A stretch of 64,000 nt of DNA from Lophium mytilinum (GCA_010093605.1 MU004185.1:207334-271333), one strand, 5' to 3'; shown: positions 38,618-51,200, counted from the first letter of the stretch. Translations and numbers: made by a program. The notes: a model not told the origin generated them from the letters alone.

Positions 38618-38858
38618 CACGCTAGGCATGAAAAAGGTGGCACGTTCAGCAAGCATTCTGCCTTTTCGGTCGTGTGTACACTTGTGTGCCACTGCCTGGA
38701 GTGATTCAACAAGTTTCCACGTTCCCGAAGCTAAGATTTGTTATCTCGTTGATCTCTTTGAAAATGAATTGAAGCACTCCAAGCAGTGGCAGACAGGTGT
38801 GCGGTGCACAAAAGGCAAAGTGCTTGCTGAGTGTGCCACCTTTTTCATGCCCAGCGTG
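38618..38858. mobile_element. MITE family A, copy 1: ~241 bp, ~90-bp terminal inverted repeats, flanking direct repeat
   Basis: Left end CACGCTAGGCATGAAAAAGGTGGCAC...; right end ...GTGCCACCTTTTTCATGCCCAGCGTG. It is flanked by AATGG/AATGG, or by 9-bp TGAATGGCA/TGAATGGCA if the ends are CGC..GCG. Confidence 0.85.
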
Positions 38859-39100
38859 AATGGCAAGGTATGAAGCCTGTCAGAAAGCTCACTTTGCACC
38901 TGTTCCACATTCTTGAAGGCATTATGAGACATTGTAGACAGTGTCAAAATGATTCGATACAGGACGGTCGGAACATATTTTCGAGAAGCTAAAGTGGTGC
39001 ACGTGACAGAGCGCGTAAAATGTTCGGCTTTCGCGTTTCTCGCGTCGTCCCTCAACACCAAGGTTACTCCTCCAACTTCAGCCAATACAAATCCTCCACA

Positions 39101-40462
39101 ATGGCGAGTTTCTTCGATATCAAAGCTCGGCAGGCTGCTGCGGCGGCCGCGAGCTCTTCTAAAGCCCCGATTACGAAACAAGAGAACAATCGGATGCAGC
39201 CGTGGGTGGAGAAATAGTACGTCCAATACAGCCCGTGTCCTTCAACATTCAACTCTCTTATATCTCACAATCATGACTTTCTTATAAACACATTTCCATC
39301 ATTCAACCTATATACACTTCCGTCATGATATTTCCCCACTGACGCACCCTCTAGCCGCCCCCGCTCTCTTAACGAAGTCACGGCCCAAGACCACACAATT
39401 CAAGTCCTCTCCCGCACCCTCCAATCCTCCAACCTCCCACACATGCTCTTCTACGGCCCGCCCGGCACAGGCAAAACCTCCACTATCCTCGCGCTCGCCA
39501 AACAGCTCTACGGCCCCGACCTCATCAAATCCCGCGTGCTCGAACTCAACGCCTCCGACGAGCGCGGCATCTCCATCGTACGACTGAAAGTCAAAGACTT
39601 CGCTAGACAACAGCTCAGCAATGCGCCGAACTATAACGTCATGGTCGACGATGGCACGGGCGCTGGATCGAAGCAAGTCAGGTATAGGGACAAATATTCT
39701 GCGCCGCCGTTCAAAATCGTGATTCTGGATGAGGCGGATAGTATGACGCAGGACGCGCAATCTGCGCTGCGTAGGACGATGGAGACGTATAGCAAGATGA
39801 CGCGGTTTTGTCTGGTGTGTAATTACGTTACGCGCATCATCGATCCACTTGCGAGTAGGTGCAGCAAGTTCAGGTTCAAGAGTTTGGATGAGGGGAGTGC
39901 GGTGGCGCGGGTGGAGTTCATCGCGAAAGAGGAGGGTGTGAGATTAGATCCGGGGGTGGGGGAGGAGTTGGTGAGGGTGTCCGATGGGGATTTGAGGAAG
40001 GCGATTACGTTTTTGCAGAGCGCAGCGAGGTTGGTGGGCCAGGCGGCGAAGAATGGAAATGGCAATGCGGATGCTATGGAGATCGATTCCGACGACGATG
40101 TTGGCTTGGGCTTGGGCTCGGCTGTTACAATGGAGCATGTTCATGAGATCGCGGGTGTAATACCGACGCCGACGCTCGAGCTGTTGCTGGACAGCATGCA
40201 GCCCTCGGCCTCGAAAACGATACAGTTCAAGACTATCAGCAAGGTGGTCGAGGACATGGTCGCTGATGGGTGGAGCGCTGCTCAGACCGTGTCACAGCTC
40301 TACGAACAAGTTTTGTTCGATGAGCGAATTGGGGATCTCCAGAAGAACAAAATCGTGGGGGTGTTCAGTGAGGTGGATAAGCGGCTCATCGATGGTGCGG
40401 ACGAACATCTTGCGGTGTTGGATCTCGCCGTAAGAGTGGCAGGGGTAATATGTGAGGGCTAA
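39101..40462 (+). CDS. RFC2: Replication factor C small subunit 2 (clamp loader); intron ~39217-39354
   Basis: PWVEKYRP, Walker A GPPGTGKTS, LELNASDERGI, Walker B IVILDEADSMT, SRC motif DPLASRCSKFRF, GDLRKAIT. Confidence 0.95.
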
Positions 40463-40830
40463 GGAACACGAGTTGGTGCTGCATTGCGATGGCGTCCGGC
40501 GTTATCAGACTAAGTCTATGGTAAATTGGTGGAGGGATGGGTAGGTACGCATGCCCTCAAGACCTCCGTCATATCTCTAGCGAGAACGCAAGAGAATTCT
40601 TATTTAAAGGGACTAGCATACACATTTCAAAGCCAATGATACTAGTTCCAAACCCTTCACCATTTTTTAGTAAAAAGGGACCATATCCACTTTCTCAAGC
40701 TCAAAGCTTTTCTCCATGTCTCAACCCCTCTTCATCCGTCTCAACGACTACCATCTCCTTTTCATCCTACCGCTTTCACACGTCTGCTTCACACGCATTC
40801 CTCTCCTCTCTTCTTTTCCTAACCCTCTCC

Positions 40831-41235
40831 TCATACCTTCTTCATAACCAAAACACACACCGCCACTACCACTACCAACATCATTGCCTTCGTCCAAACT
40901 CCCGGAGCGCACTCAGGGCAGCGGCAGGACTAGCCAAGATTGTCGCAGAAACAGATGTCTTTGGACCCTTTGTCATTGTCTCCATCTTCAACAACCCTGA
41001 TACCAAGGTCGCCGCTTTCGAGGTCGATATCGCCGCCCTCATGATCGATATCCGCGCGCTCGGGGTCCATGCTCGTGCCCTCTTGCTGGGAGTCCGGGCT
41101 GTAAGACGGAGGGAGATTGGGCGTAGGTTGCTCAGAAATGTTTGGAGTGTCGGCCCTCTTAATGTCGGGTTGTTTGGTGTCGTAGTCTACAAGGGGGAAA
41201 GGTAAATGGCGGAAACTTATGGGGTCGGCGGCCAT
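40831..41235 (-). pseudogene. Small tail-anchored, Cys-rich membrane protein with an in-frame TAG at 40930-40932
   Basis: MAADPISF...LPPSYSP...DLESG...ICFCDNLG*SCRCPECAPGVWTKAMMLVVVVAVCVLVMKKV*. Confidence 0.45.
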
Positions 41236-41561
41236 CGTGTTACGCTTGGTGGGCACGTTGCCTTGTATTTGGGAGTTATTGCGGCAGGAAGGATGAGGAT
41301 GGTGATGTCGATGGAACTTTCAACTGTGTGTGCGAAGGGAAGATTGGGGAATCGTGGGCCCTGGAGGTCATGAACCATGGATATCAAATCATTTCAACCA
41401 TGATAATGCGTGAACGAGCTTCAATCCCTCATCACTGAGTCTGCATTCATAGTCACTAGTTGCTCGCTCTTTCAATCCCTATCTTAAGGATACGACATGG
41501 TTCTCAGGGGACCTTATTTCCTTTATACTCCCAGATCTCCTAGCATGATTCATAGGCCTCA

Positions 41562-41857
41562 TCAATAACATGCCAAAATTACCTTCAATTCGCACGGACT
41601 GGCTCCGCGTTATACATCTCACACCCTCAAGATCAACTCCAATCCTAAAGCCCGATCTAAAGGGTCTGCCAATAATATGCCAAAACGACCTTCAAATCGC
41701 ACGGACTGGCTCCACTTCATACATCTCGCACCCTCAAGATCAACTCCAATCCTCAGACCCGATTCAAAGCGCTCGCCAATAACACGCCAGAACCACCTTC
41801 AAATCACACAGATTGGCTGGCTCCAGCTCACACATCCCCCGACACTAAGGTTAACTG
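41562..41857. repeat. 107-bp tandem repeat, ~2.7 copies
   Basis: Units start at 41570, 41677 and ~41784: atgccaaaa..accttcaa.tcgcacggactggctcc...ccctcaagatcaactccaatcct...ccaataa. Confidence 0.88.
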
Positions 41858-42463
41858 CTACCCCCCGGCTCTTCTGTCTGCCTTCTCCCTCCACTGCGTC
41901 CTTCTGCTACCTCCTCGCTCCGTCGTAATCGGAAGTCTCAGAGACAGATTCGTCGCGCGGGCCGATGCCGCTGCCGTCGTTGCGGACTGTGAGAAGGTGC
42001 TGCTCCGCTCGCGCTTGCTAGGTCCGCTGGCTGTTGCAATGCTTCTTTCCTGGAAAAGCGCTGGGCCCGCTCTAGGGTTAGGGGGCGCGAGTATAGAGGA
42101 GGTGGGTGCATTTTAGGGCGTGCATAGCTTTAAAGTTATCCGGCTGGGTCTGCGGCGAGGCTGAATTGGAAAGACGTGGGAATGCAAATGAGGCAAGCAG
42201 TAGATTTGGAGTGGGCTGAGGGAAAGGGCAAATAATAGGGATACTGGGCTTCGAGAGCAGGGATGGGGTACACAGGGGCACTGAAGGTTGCAAGAAATAG
42301 TAATCAAAAAGATACGACAGTGGTTTCCATTGCGAACAGATGTCTACGCCAGCTTCTCAGCTATAAGCCCCAAAACAAACAGGAGGAGATACAGAGAACC
42401 CAAATCTCTCGAGTCTACAGCCCAGGGAATTCCAGAACAGTTTAGATATACAGGTCCGTCGTC

Positions 42464-43768
42464 TTACTTCCTCGTCGGTCCGCTCACTCCAGCGCCGATC
42501 ACGCTCGGCAGCTCCTCCTCGCCCATGCTGTACAGCATGCCGATCCCCGTGCCGACCAAGAACATCAGCATCACAGTCGCGCCGGCGAATAGCCAGAACT
42601 CGACTACTACGTCCTTCTTTTGGCACGCCGGCCCGCCCCAGTTCGTCGTCTTGTGGCCCTTGCCCTCGCCCCGCTCGACAACGGTAGGTATGCAACCGCA
42701 GCTGTAGCAGTCGGGGAATTTGGTTTTGCTGCCGGAGCGGTCTTCGCCGTGTCGTGAGAGGTAGCAGGCGCCGTGGCCGGTGCAGTTGCGGGTGGCGCTT
42801 ATACATGCGGATTCCGAGGCGTAGCAGCTTTTGAGGATGCCAAGGAGGGGGCCGTCTTTGGCGAGGGGGAGGGTGGGGGTGGTCTCGGTGTTGTTGATGA
42901 CGTTGGCAGCGTGGGAGGCAACGGCGGCGGAGGAGCTAAGGATGGCTTCAGGGACCTGGCCGCGGCGTTCGAGGTGGTGAGTGGGGATGGTGTAGGTGCC
43001 GTAGGGGTGTTTCTTGGACGTTACGATGCCGCGTGGTGACAGGACGACAGTGAAGGAGAAGCCGAGGTCTTTAGCGGCGGCGAGGAGGTCCGAAACTTCC
43101 TTGCGGTACGTATCTGCGCCCGCGAAGTCCCCGTCCTTCTGAATGGGTTTTGGTTTTGGCAGCTTGACGTATAGGAATGTTTTGTGATTTATGGGCGTCT
43201 CGTCAGCCAGTATGTTGTGAATAGCCGTTTCAGAGTCGTAGGATTTCAACTGTGGATCGTGCTGTTTGGGCAGGAACTCGGCCTGTTCCAGAAAGTGGTA
43301 TACGAGGTCTTCATTCGCTGAAGGGTGGGCAGGGTTGGAGAATGTGAGATGCGAGTAGTCAGCTAAGTCGGACTCTGATATAATGTCTGTAGTGTCGCAT
43401 AAGTACTTGAACATTCGGGGAGCTCCAGGGCACCGACCTTGAGGATCTTCGACATTATCCAGCCATATCAGGGCATGTGCATGATTGCTCTCTCGATCTC
43501 CCCCAAACAGCTTCTGTTGTCGTCCTCCATACCGATTCAGCTGCTGGACAACCTCTTCATCCGCACTATTCAATGAATGAAATCTTGACAGCCCTAGCCG
43601 TTGTGCTATTATCAGACGAGCGGTCTCAGCGGTGACCAGCGATTCCTGTGTGGTGTCTTTGCTTTTGATGGCTGCGTCGTATGTGTAGACATGACCGACG
43701 GGGGATTTCGATGTGGCGGAAGCTGCGCAGTATAGCGAGAATACGATGAGTCCCCACGACGGCTTCAT
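42464..43768 (-). CDS. Type I membrane protein of the DUF3844 / vacuolar-sorting Vps3844 type (probable in-frame intron ~43388-43438)
   Basis: Signal peptide MKPSWGLIVFSLYCAASA; ARLIIAQRLGLSRFH; Cys-rich CYASESACISATRNCTGHGAC...WGGPACQKKDV; TM segment, then ELPSVIGAGV. Confidence 0.85.
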   Translation of the reverse strand: MKPSWGLIVFSLYCAASATSKSPVGHVYTYDAAIKSKDTTQESLVTAETARLIIAQRLGLSRFHSLNSADEEVVQQLNRYGGRQQKLFGGDRESNHAHALIWLDNVEDPQGRCPGAPRMFKYLCDTTDIISESDLADYSHLTFSNPAHPSANEDLVYHFLEQAEFLPKQHDPQLKSYDSETAIHNILADETPINHKTFLYVKLPKPKPIQKDGDFAGADTYRKEVSDLLAAAKDLGFSFTVVLSPRGIVTSKKHPYGTYTIPTHHLERRGQVPEAILSSSAAVASHAANVINNTETTPTLPLAKDGPLLGILKSCYASESACISATRNCTGHGACYLSRHGEDRSGSKTKFPDCYSCGCIPTVVERGEGKGHKTTNWGGPACQKKDVVVEFWLFAGATVMLMFLVGTGIGMLYSMGEEELPSVIGAGVSGPTRK

Positions 43769-43840
43769 GGTTGCTGGTTGCGGGATTGGTGATAGGGTCG
43801 TGGTGGTGGTGATAACAGACGTCAGTAGCTGTGAAGGAGC

Positions 43841-44016
43841 CACGCGGGGCATGCAAAAGGTGGCACTCTAATCTACACAGGCGTATGCCACTGCCTGGAG
43901 TGCTCCAATACATTCTCGAAAAGTCAAACGGGATGAAAGTTCTTCCTTCTGGGGCCTGTGGAAACTCGTTGAGGCACCTCAAGCAGTGGTAAACAGGTGG
44001 ATCTAAAGGCAGCGTG
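43841..44016. mobile_element. MITE family A, copy 2 (inverted relative to copy 1, internally deleted, diverged)
   Basis: CACGCGGGGCATGCAAAAGGTGGCAC...GCCACTGCCTGGAGTGCTCCAA...GTGGAAACTCGTTGAGGCACCTCAAGCAGTGG...CAGCGTG matches the reverse complement of 38618-38858. Confidence 0.7.
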
Positions 44017-44466
44017 GTAATTTAGGGTTAATAGAGAGTAAGTTGCAGTATACAAATCTATGAGGTATGTATATACACACTATTCATGTGCTATACACGC
44101 TTGTTTAGCACCGCATGAGGTCCCCCAGTATGCTATTGCTAGTTACAGACTACCAGCTTTCGCAAGCGTCATAACTCTTCGGGCCACCTCAGACAGTGAT
44201 GAACTGCTGTAGTATGCCACTTTTTTCCTGCCTAGCGTGGGAGCCTCGCCGCGGGCTTGGCATCGTGAATGCCGCGCGAGAGGCTCCACCTCTTTTCTCG
44301 AAGCCGCCATTCCAAGGGTCTCGCCATTCGCAGTACAAATCGCAGTCAACGGCCACACTCTTCCGGTCGTTATCCTATTCTTCCGTGATACCCATTTGTG
44401 CAGCGTTCTTATTCCTCGCCACCCCATGACTGCCCTCACAGAGCGGTAGCCTCCTCCACAACCCTC

Positions 44467-45983
44467 ATGTACAAGCCGTCGATTCGGAGGCCGGCGCTTC
44501 ACGTCGCCCGTCAGACACCATTACCAATAAGGGTATCCCGACCATTTATTCGTCATGCGAGCACGGAGGTGAAGGTCCAGCGGGTGCGCTTCAAGAAGCG
44601 CATATTTACCAGAGTGTTAGCCGGCACCCTACTTTCCCCAGTAGAATAGTCCAGTGGTTAATCATTTTACAGGACTCTCGCCTCATTATGTCTCTACACC
44701 GCCGCATACTACACATATTTCCAAATGATAGGCCGTCAACTCGATCGACTGGATGAAGGCGAGGGAGTGGCAAATCCAGGACGAAGCCCCGCAGACCCAA
44801 CTCTCGACGAGGACGACGAACTAGAGCCTATATTTATTCCCCTGGGACTCACAAAAGCGAGGCCGAAAACATATTACAAAGGTTCGGATCCGGAATGGCA
44901 GGAATTCAGGAAACTTGCGCCGGACCAGAAGAAGCATGCGAGGATGCGAGGTACTATAACCCATCTCTACAATCCTAGATAGGCCACAAGTCTGGGCATG
45001 CGGACTTGGCTCCAACTTGCCCAATTAACACCACTGCTCGGGGTAGCCTGGCTGCTGAGTAGGCGTTCAGTCAAAAGGCAGTCTGATCTCCACTACTTGA
45101 AGCCTAACATCGCCTTGAGTCTTCGAAACCCTGCAGGGGTACCCCAAGCAGTGGCGTACCAGTGTGCCCAGGCTTGTGGCCTGGCACTGTAGGCATTTGC
45201 GAGGATATACTGACAATCTTCTTAGACCAACTCGTTGCAATAGTGCGAACTCAGATAGCAAACGACAAACGCTTCAAGCCCCGCATGGGCGACATCAACA
45301 TCACCGTAGGCGCCCACTGGCTCGACATTACATTCCCGGACGGCCCTCCTACAGAGTACGAGCGCTCCGGCCTCGAAATCGGCGACCACATTGCCTGGAC
45401 CGCCCGCCCAGTCACCGAGCTCAATTACCATCGCTTAAACCGCGCTCTCTACCCCACCGCAGTCTTCTCGTCCGTCTTAGCCAGCTCGAAATACCTTGTA
45501 GACAGGCAGACCCAGATGGTCAAGAGATTCTTCAATCTTCCTGTCAGTGAGGAGCAGCAGAAGCGACAGTATCGAAATAGCGTCCTCGGGAAACCGACCA
45601 CGCCTACAGGGATAGAGTCAGGTTCTGATGCTGACTCCACCCAGCGCTCGTCTGTTCCGCCTCCACCGCAAGTCCCACAAGCCCCTGGATCCAATCCACA
45701 AGAGAAGAACGTAGCATTTCCAGACTTTTCGCCGGCCCCTCCCAAGTCTATGGCCCTCTCCATCTTTGCGAGCACTCTTGCCAAGAACTGGCACGCCTTC
45801 AAGCTCGAACCTCCACGCGGCACAGTGGTGGTATCAGGATTGATTGAGATCAAGGGTTCCAAGGCGCGGATGACGATGGATGTAAACGCAGCCTACGATC
45901 CGAAGCAGGACAAATTTGTCATGCTTCAGGGCGCCATTAGGAGGATACAAGACATGAGCCAGAGACCTAAGGGCGGTAATTAG
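44467..45983 (+). CDS. Conserved fungal hypothetical protein with a mitochondrial-presequence-like N-terminus (multi-exon)
   Basis: Arg-rich MYKPSIRRPALHVARQ...VQRVRFKKR; FIPLGLTKARPKTYYKGSDPEWQEF; PPRGTVVVSGLIEIKG...DVNAAYDPK; introns at ~44614-44672 and ~44951-45226. Confidence 0.75.
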
Positions 45984-46779
45984 GCCACTCTGAGGATGCT
46001 TCATTTCGTTTTTCTGATTGCTTGTTGCTAGGGCCGAGGCGCAGGCGTTCACAAGGTTGATCAGCGTGCATAGGATTTGGCGTAGTCCCAGGCATTTCAG
46101 CTCTCTTTACTAGGAGGACGGCGTTTTGGGTTGATGGACACTCTCCAACGTGCACAAACTTGGGCTATTGATGCCTGATTATGACTTTAGGCCAGTTCTT
46201 CTTTTTTTGAGTCAGCGGCATAGATAGCTTGGTGTAAGCCTTTCCAATTGAGCGGTCATTTGCGGATCTATACGACTTCTACCTCCCTTCTCGTTTGCTT
46301 GTCGCTGTATAAAGCTCTCCAATCCATTTCGACACACCTAGATATGACTTGAAGCAACCGTGTTGGACAATTTATCAGCTTGTCAGGCCCCATCTAATGC
46401 TATTGACTCCCACTACACACTCTACCACTGATGGGTTTCTGCCAGGGTGAGTCGCTACTATCTTTTCGCGATGGAGTCCGTGAATCCTTTCAAAAGGGAT
46501 GACGTAAGAGTCTGTGCGCAAGCTCCTACATTCCAACTCGAACGGGATTAAACCCCTCATTAACCCCATCCTTCCGACAACACCTGCCTTTGTGCTGCGC
46601 GAAGAGGCCTGGACGTCTTCTTGAGTTCTGCAAGCGAGTCTTTCCTCGATCTCTCCCCTCAATAAGGCCGTGAAGCCGCTTTCCCAGAGCCACAACTCAT
46701 ACGGGTCAGTAGAATAGTCGCCGATAAGCTCCTATCTCCGGTGTAACTAACAATTGACAGTACCGTGGATCTAGCAAAG

Positions 46780-48210
46780 ATGCAGCCACTCTATCCGTCC
46801 CAGGAGATCCTCCAGAACGTCTTCTCGGCCTCTTCCCCATTAACGTTGCACAAGACGAGCTCGACCCCGAAGCCGCGATCCAAATATGAAGCACCTCGCG
46901 GCGTCTTCAACACCTGGAGCGCTATCGACGACGCAAAGAATAAAGCAGGGCAATTGAGCAATGCCGCCATCCAAGAGCTGGGAAAGGGCAGCGCGAAGGC
47001 ACAAGCAAAGGCAGGCAATATCGAGATGTACTCTATGCAGTACTATGCGGCCTGCACGTTTGGCGGACTGCTAGCTTGCGGTACCACGCATACGCTTGTG
47101 ACGCCGCTGGATTTGGTCAAGTGCAGGCGACAGGTCGATTCAAAGATGTATAAGGGGAATATTGAGGCGTGGGGCAAGATTGGGAGGGCAGAGGGGTTCA
47201 GGGGCATTTACACTGGATGGGGTCCAACGGTATTTCAATATCATGCCCCGATTTATAGACTTGACTAACTGAATCTTCTAGTTTTTCGGATACTCTGTTC
47301 GATATCCCCACAATCTTCGTATTTGAAAGTGTTGCTGACTTCTTCCAGGCCCAAGGAGCGTTCAAGTACGGCGGATACGAGTACTTCAAGAAGACGTTCG
47401 CAGACCTTGTAGGACCTGAAAATGCGTACAAGTACAAGACCGTGCTTTATCTCGGTGCCAGTGCATCGGCTGAGTTCATTGCCGATATTGCGCTCTGTCC
47501 TTTCGAAGCAGTCAAAGTCCGCATGCAGACGACTATTCCACCATTCGCAAAGGGAACGTTCGATGGAATCTCCACCATCACTGGTAAGGAAGGGTTTGCA
47601 GGGTCAGCACTGTCTTCTCCCCACCTTTTGATATCGCACTAATCGGATTAGGCTCTATAAGGGTCTCTACCCACTCTGGGGTCGCCAAATTCCCTACACC
47701 ATGATGAAGGTACGTGATCTATCTTTTCTGTTACTTTCTTTGCTTTAATGATTCGATACTCACAATCTCAGTTCGCCTCCTTCGAAACCATCGTCGAAAT
47801 GATCTACTCCTACCTCCCCGGCACCAAAGCCGACTATTCCAAGTCCGCGCAAATCGGCGTCTCCTTCACCGGTGGTTACATGGCCGGTATCCTTTGCGCT
47901 ATCGTCTCTCACCCCGCCGATGTCATGGTCTCAAAGTTGAACGCCAATCGCCAGCCTGGTGAAGCCTTTGGAGGCGCTATGAGCCGTATCTACAAGGATA
48001 TCGGCTTCGGTGGTCTCTGGAACGGATTGCCGGTCAGGATTGTTATGATCGGTACCTTGACTGGGCTGCAGTGGATGATTTATGATTACTTCAAGGTCTT
48101 CTTGGGCCTGCCTTCTACTGTGAGTTATTTCGATATTTCTAGTGGGGGAGAAGATGCTAATGTGCGAATAGGGTGGCCCGGCTCCTCCTCCAAAGGAGCT
48201 CACCGCATAA
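46780..48210 (+). CDS. PIC2: Mitochondrial phosphate carrier (PIC2-type, SLC25A3 family); multi-exon, with a 15-nt micro-exon at 47282-47296
   Basis: [94 protein letters not shown]. Confidence 0.92.
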
Positions 48211-51200
48211 GTGCCGGCGCGGGGACGTGAGATATGATGCGCCATTATACGGCTTGTTCGTTGAACGAGAGGAGGGGGCTTGCCGGGGTAGTAATATACT
48301 TGGTTTGCGTTTCTTGCCCTTTACGCCTGCAATTGGGGGGTTTCTTCCTTTCGGTGTCCCTTGTAATCGTACCTGTCGAAGTCGTTCTGTACACGAATCA
48401 TACCTATATCATCTCTTCTCTCATCACTTCCTAGCCGTTCTTGGAAACTCGCGAGTCCTTGCAACTCGAGGGTGTGTCGATATTAACGTTTGATGCGCCT
48501 CTCCAGCACCTGAATACCTTCATGATCATCGCCTTAATAAGAAGCCCCCAGCCACCTCAAACCATCCCTAGCGCCCAACACTACCGCACACTTCCCATGG
48601 CTATCATCATCAGACTTCGCGGCGTCCTGTCCCTCCAAGCCCCCTCCTCCATTACGTGTCTGGTTGTTGGATTGTTGATCCCCTTCGCCTTCTCTCCAAC
48701 TAGGACATGCGAAGGAACACATTTGTGATGGACAACGCACTCTCCATGGCATCGGATTTGTGTTGCTTTCTAACTCCCTCTCACTCCGACCACATATCGG
48801 GACGGCGCACGGGCAGTCGATCCACCACTCTCCAGCGAGCATGGCAGGCTTTCGTACAGGTTTTGCTGCTCCGGCCATGGGCTGCATCGGGCTGGCTAGT
48901 TGATCACCCAACCAAGACTCTCACAGCTCCATGGCCACACTGTCACGATCTTTTCGAAGACAGCATCTCCACCCCACTCCATTGTTGCAGTCCCACTCGT
49001 GTTTTGATCTCCTCCCCGGAACCTTCTCCCCCAAACCTCCTCCCCCGATGAAGAAAAACGATGGGCGAGGCGGGATGGAGGGAGGTCTTATACCCGGAGA
49101 TATCATCAGGGTATCACGGGGTTCTTGGCAAACGCACGTGGTTGCAGGTTACTATGGCTAAACAGGACAGGGACATCATACCAAGGTCGATAGCAGTATG
49201 GAATCTGGGATTAGTAGGCATATGGAGCACGTGAGACACGTGAGCTGGCTTGGCTTTGGGGTTTAAAACTTCGCTCGCGAGCGGAGGAAGTTGTTTTTCT
49301 TCATCGGGAGGAGTTGGGGTCGGGTGCAAATCGTAGGAGGAAGAAGAACCATGGTGGCTGGATTCGAAAGCTGGAGGAAGGGCGTGCCATGTTGTGGGAG
49401 TATCAACACCAATGAAGTCATGGTTCCATGGCTGCGTGGTCTTCGAGCACCCCGTCTGCAAATGGCGTATGGTGTGGAGTTTGGGATGGGTCGGCGCCGG
49501 CTATTAAATACTGATAGGTTTCGCTGCTGCAGCTCTTCATTATTGTGCAGTGCTGATTTGCAGTTTCTAGATGGTAGAGCCTTATTCAGCGATAGCATTT
49601 AAAGGTCCGAAGCGTTACGCGCTATGGATAATGCGATTCACCATCGATCTCCTGAATCTAACCCCACCCCACCCCAACTCCATTGTTCTCCTGCCACGGT
49701 GGTTTCACACTGCCTCCGCCCGCCAGCATACCCTCCCACCAATTCTTGTTTGATCCGCCCAATCTCCCTCCCTCCGACTCCATTTTCTATTGCGATCTTC
49801 ATTGTTGATCCTCCAGCCATTCGATGTTCTGCGTGAACGTTTTGATCGCACCATCACCAACAAGCAACCTCCATATGACCCTTCCGTCTCCTATTTTGAA
49901 CTCCTCCCCGACTTCCTTTGCCGATGAGAGAGGAAATTGAGGGAGGGAAGAGGGTTATATACCTGGGAGAAATGCTGCATTACATAAGCCTCGCGTGGGA
50001 CACGTGAGCGAGGTAGCGGTGATCGTCGCAAGACTATACCGCAGGGAGAAAGAGGGGTCGGTAAGTGGGTGATGCACGTGAAGCACGTGAGAAGCGAGAA
50101 TGGGAGGGTATATAATCTTCCGTTCGAGGGCGGAAGGAAGGTTTCTTCTTCATGGATGGAGTATGCTTACTGCTTAAGCCAAAAGGAGCAAAGCTGTATG
50201 GGCAGCCTTTAAAAAAATGTAGAGAAGAAAGCCATGGTGTGGTGGGATCAGCACCTGGTTCGCGTTCACTCTATGTTCGATTTGGGGGGTGATCATTTCT
50301 GCGTAGTGATCACGTTGGGTACAAATGTACGGTGATGGCGAGGAGCACGAGGAGTTGAAGATGAAACTTGAAGAGCTGTTTAGGTTATTGGGTAGCGGAA
50401 GCAGAAACGACCGCTCCTAAACGAAAATCTAGACGAGTGTTGGAGATCATTAGAAACGGACACTGATGACGCGCTTGCACTCCGGAACACCCCACTTCCT
50501 CCGCTCACATGGTTTGAGGTCTGCTTGATTTTGATCCACCCACTCCTCCCTCTCTCCATGTTCGGTGGTGATGAGCGTTTTTGATATTCCAACCATTCGT
50601 TCACGTTTCCGTGGTTGCATCGCAGCGACGAGCACACGACTTCCTCCACATAGGGCGTGCGCAAGTACCCTTTCGCTCTCACCTCAAAACCAGATCCTCC
50701 ACCGACGAAAAAATAACCTTTGGCCGTTCAAGGAAGGGCTTTTATACCTAGAAGAAGTCCTAGGTCACATGGCTGGACCGCTGGGCTCGTGACCGCTCTC
50801 CCTTAAGCAGACTTGAAACCGAACGCTGACCGATGACTGGCGACGGAAGAGACGCACGCGGAGCACGTGAACAACCGAATCTCGCCCGAGGGTGGAGTAT
50901 AAAGCCCCCTTACCTCGCTCAGCTTTCTTCCTTCTTCATCGGTGGAGGATTTGGGGTTACAACACGATGAGGAGGACGAGTCCATGTTTGTCGCAGTGCT
51001 GTAAAACCATCTGATAGACCTTGCTATGGTGGAGGCTGGGTGCTGGTCTTGCAACAATGCTAACAAAAAGGAGACATGTCCTGGGGCATCAACTTGTGGG
51101 GCAGCAACAAGCGATGGTTGTGCGGAAGTAAAACAGAGAAGTAGGAGATGTTGATGGTGTGGTAGCATGTCCTAGATAAACAATCTATGTTGGGAGAGGG

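Noticed and set aside
4503..40462. DNA-repair gene cluster (Ada, MutL, RFC2)
   Set aside because: The genes are 9-22 kb apart with unrelated genes between them.
40537..41205. 222-aa plus-strand ORF
   Set aside because: It has low-complexity UTR-like composition, no recognisable motif, and overlaps a more protein-like minus-strand frame.
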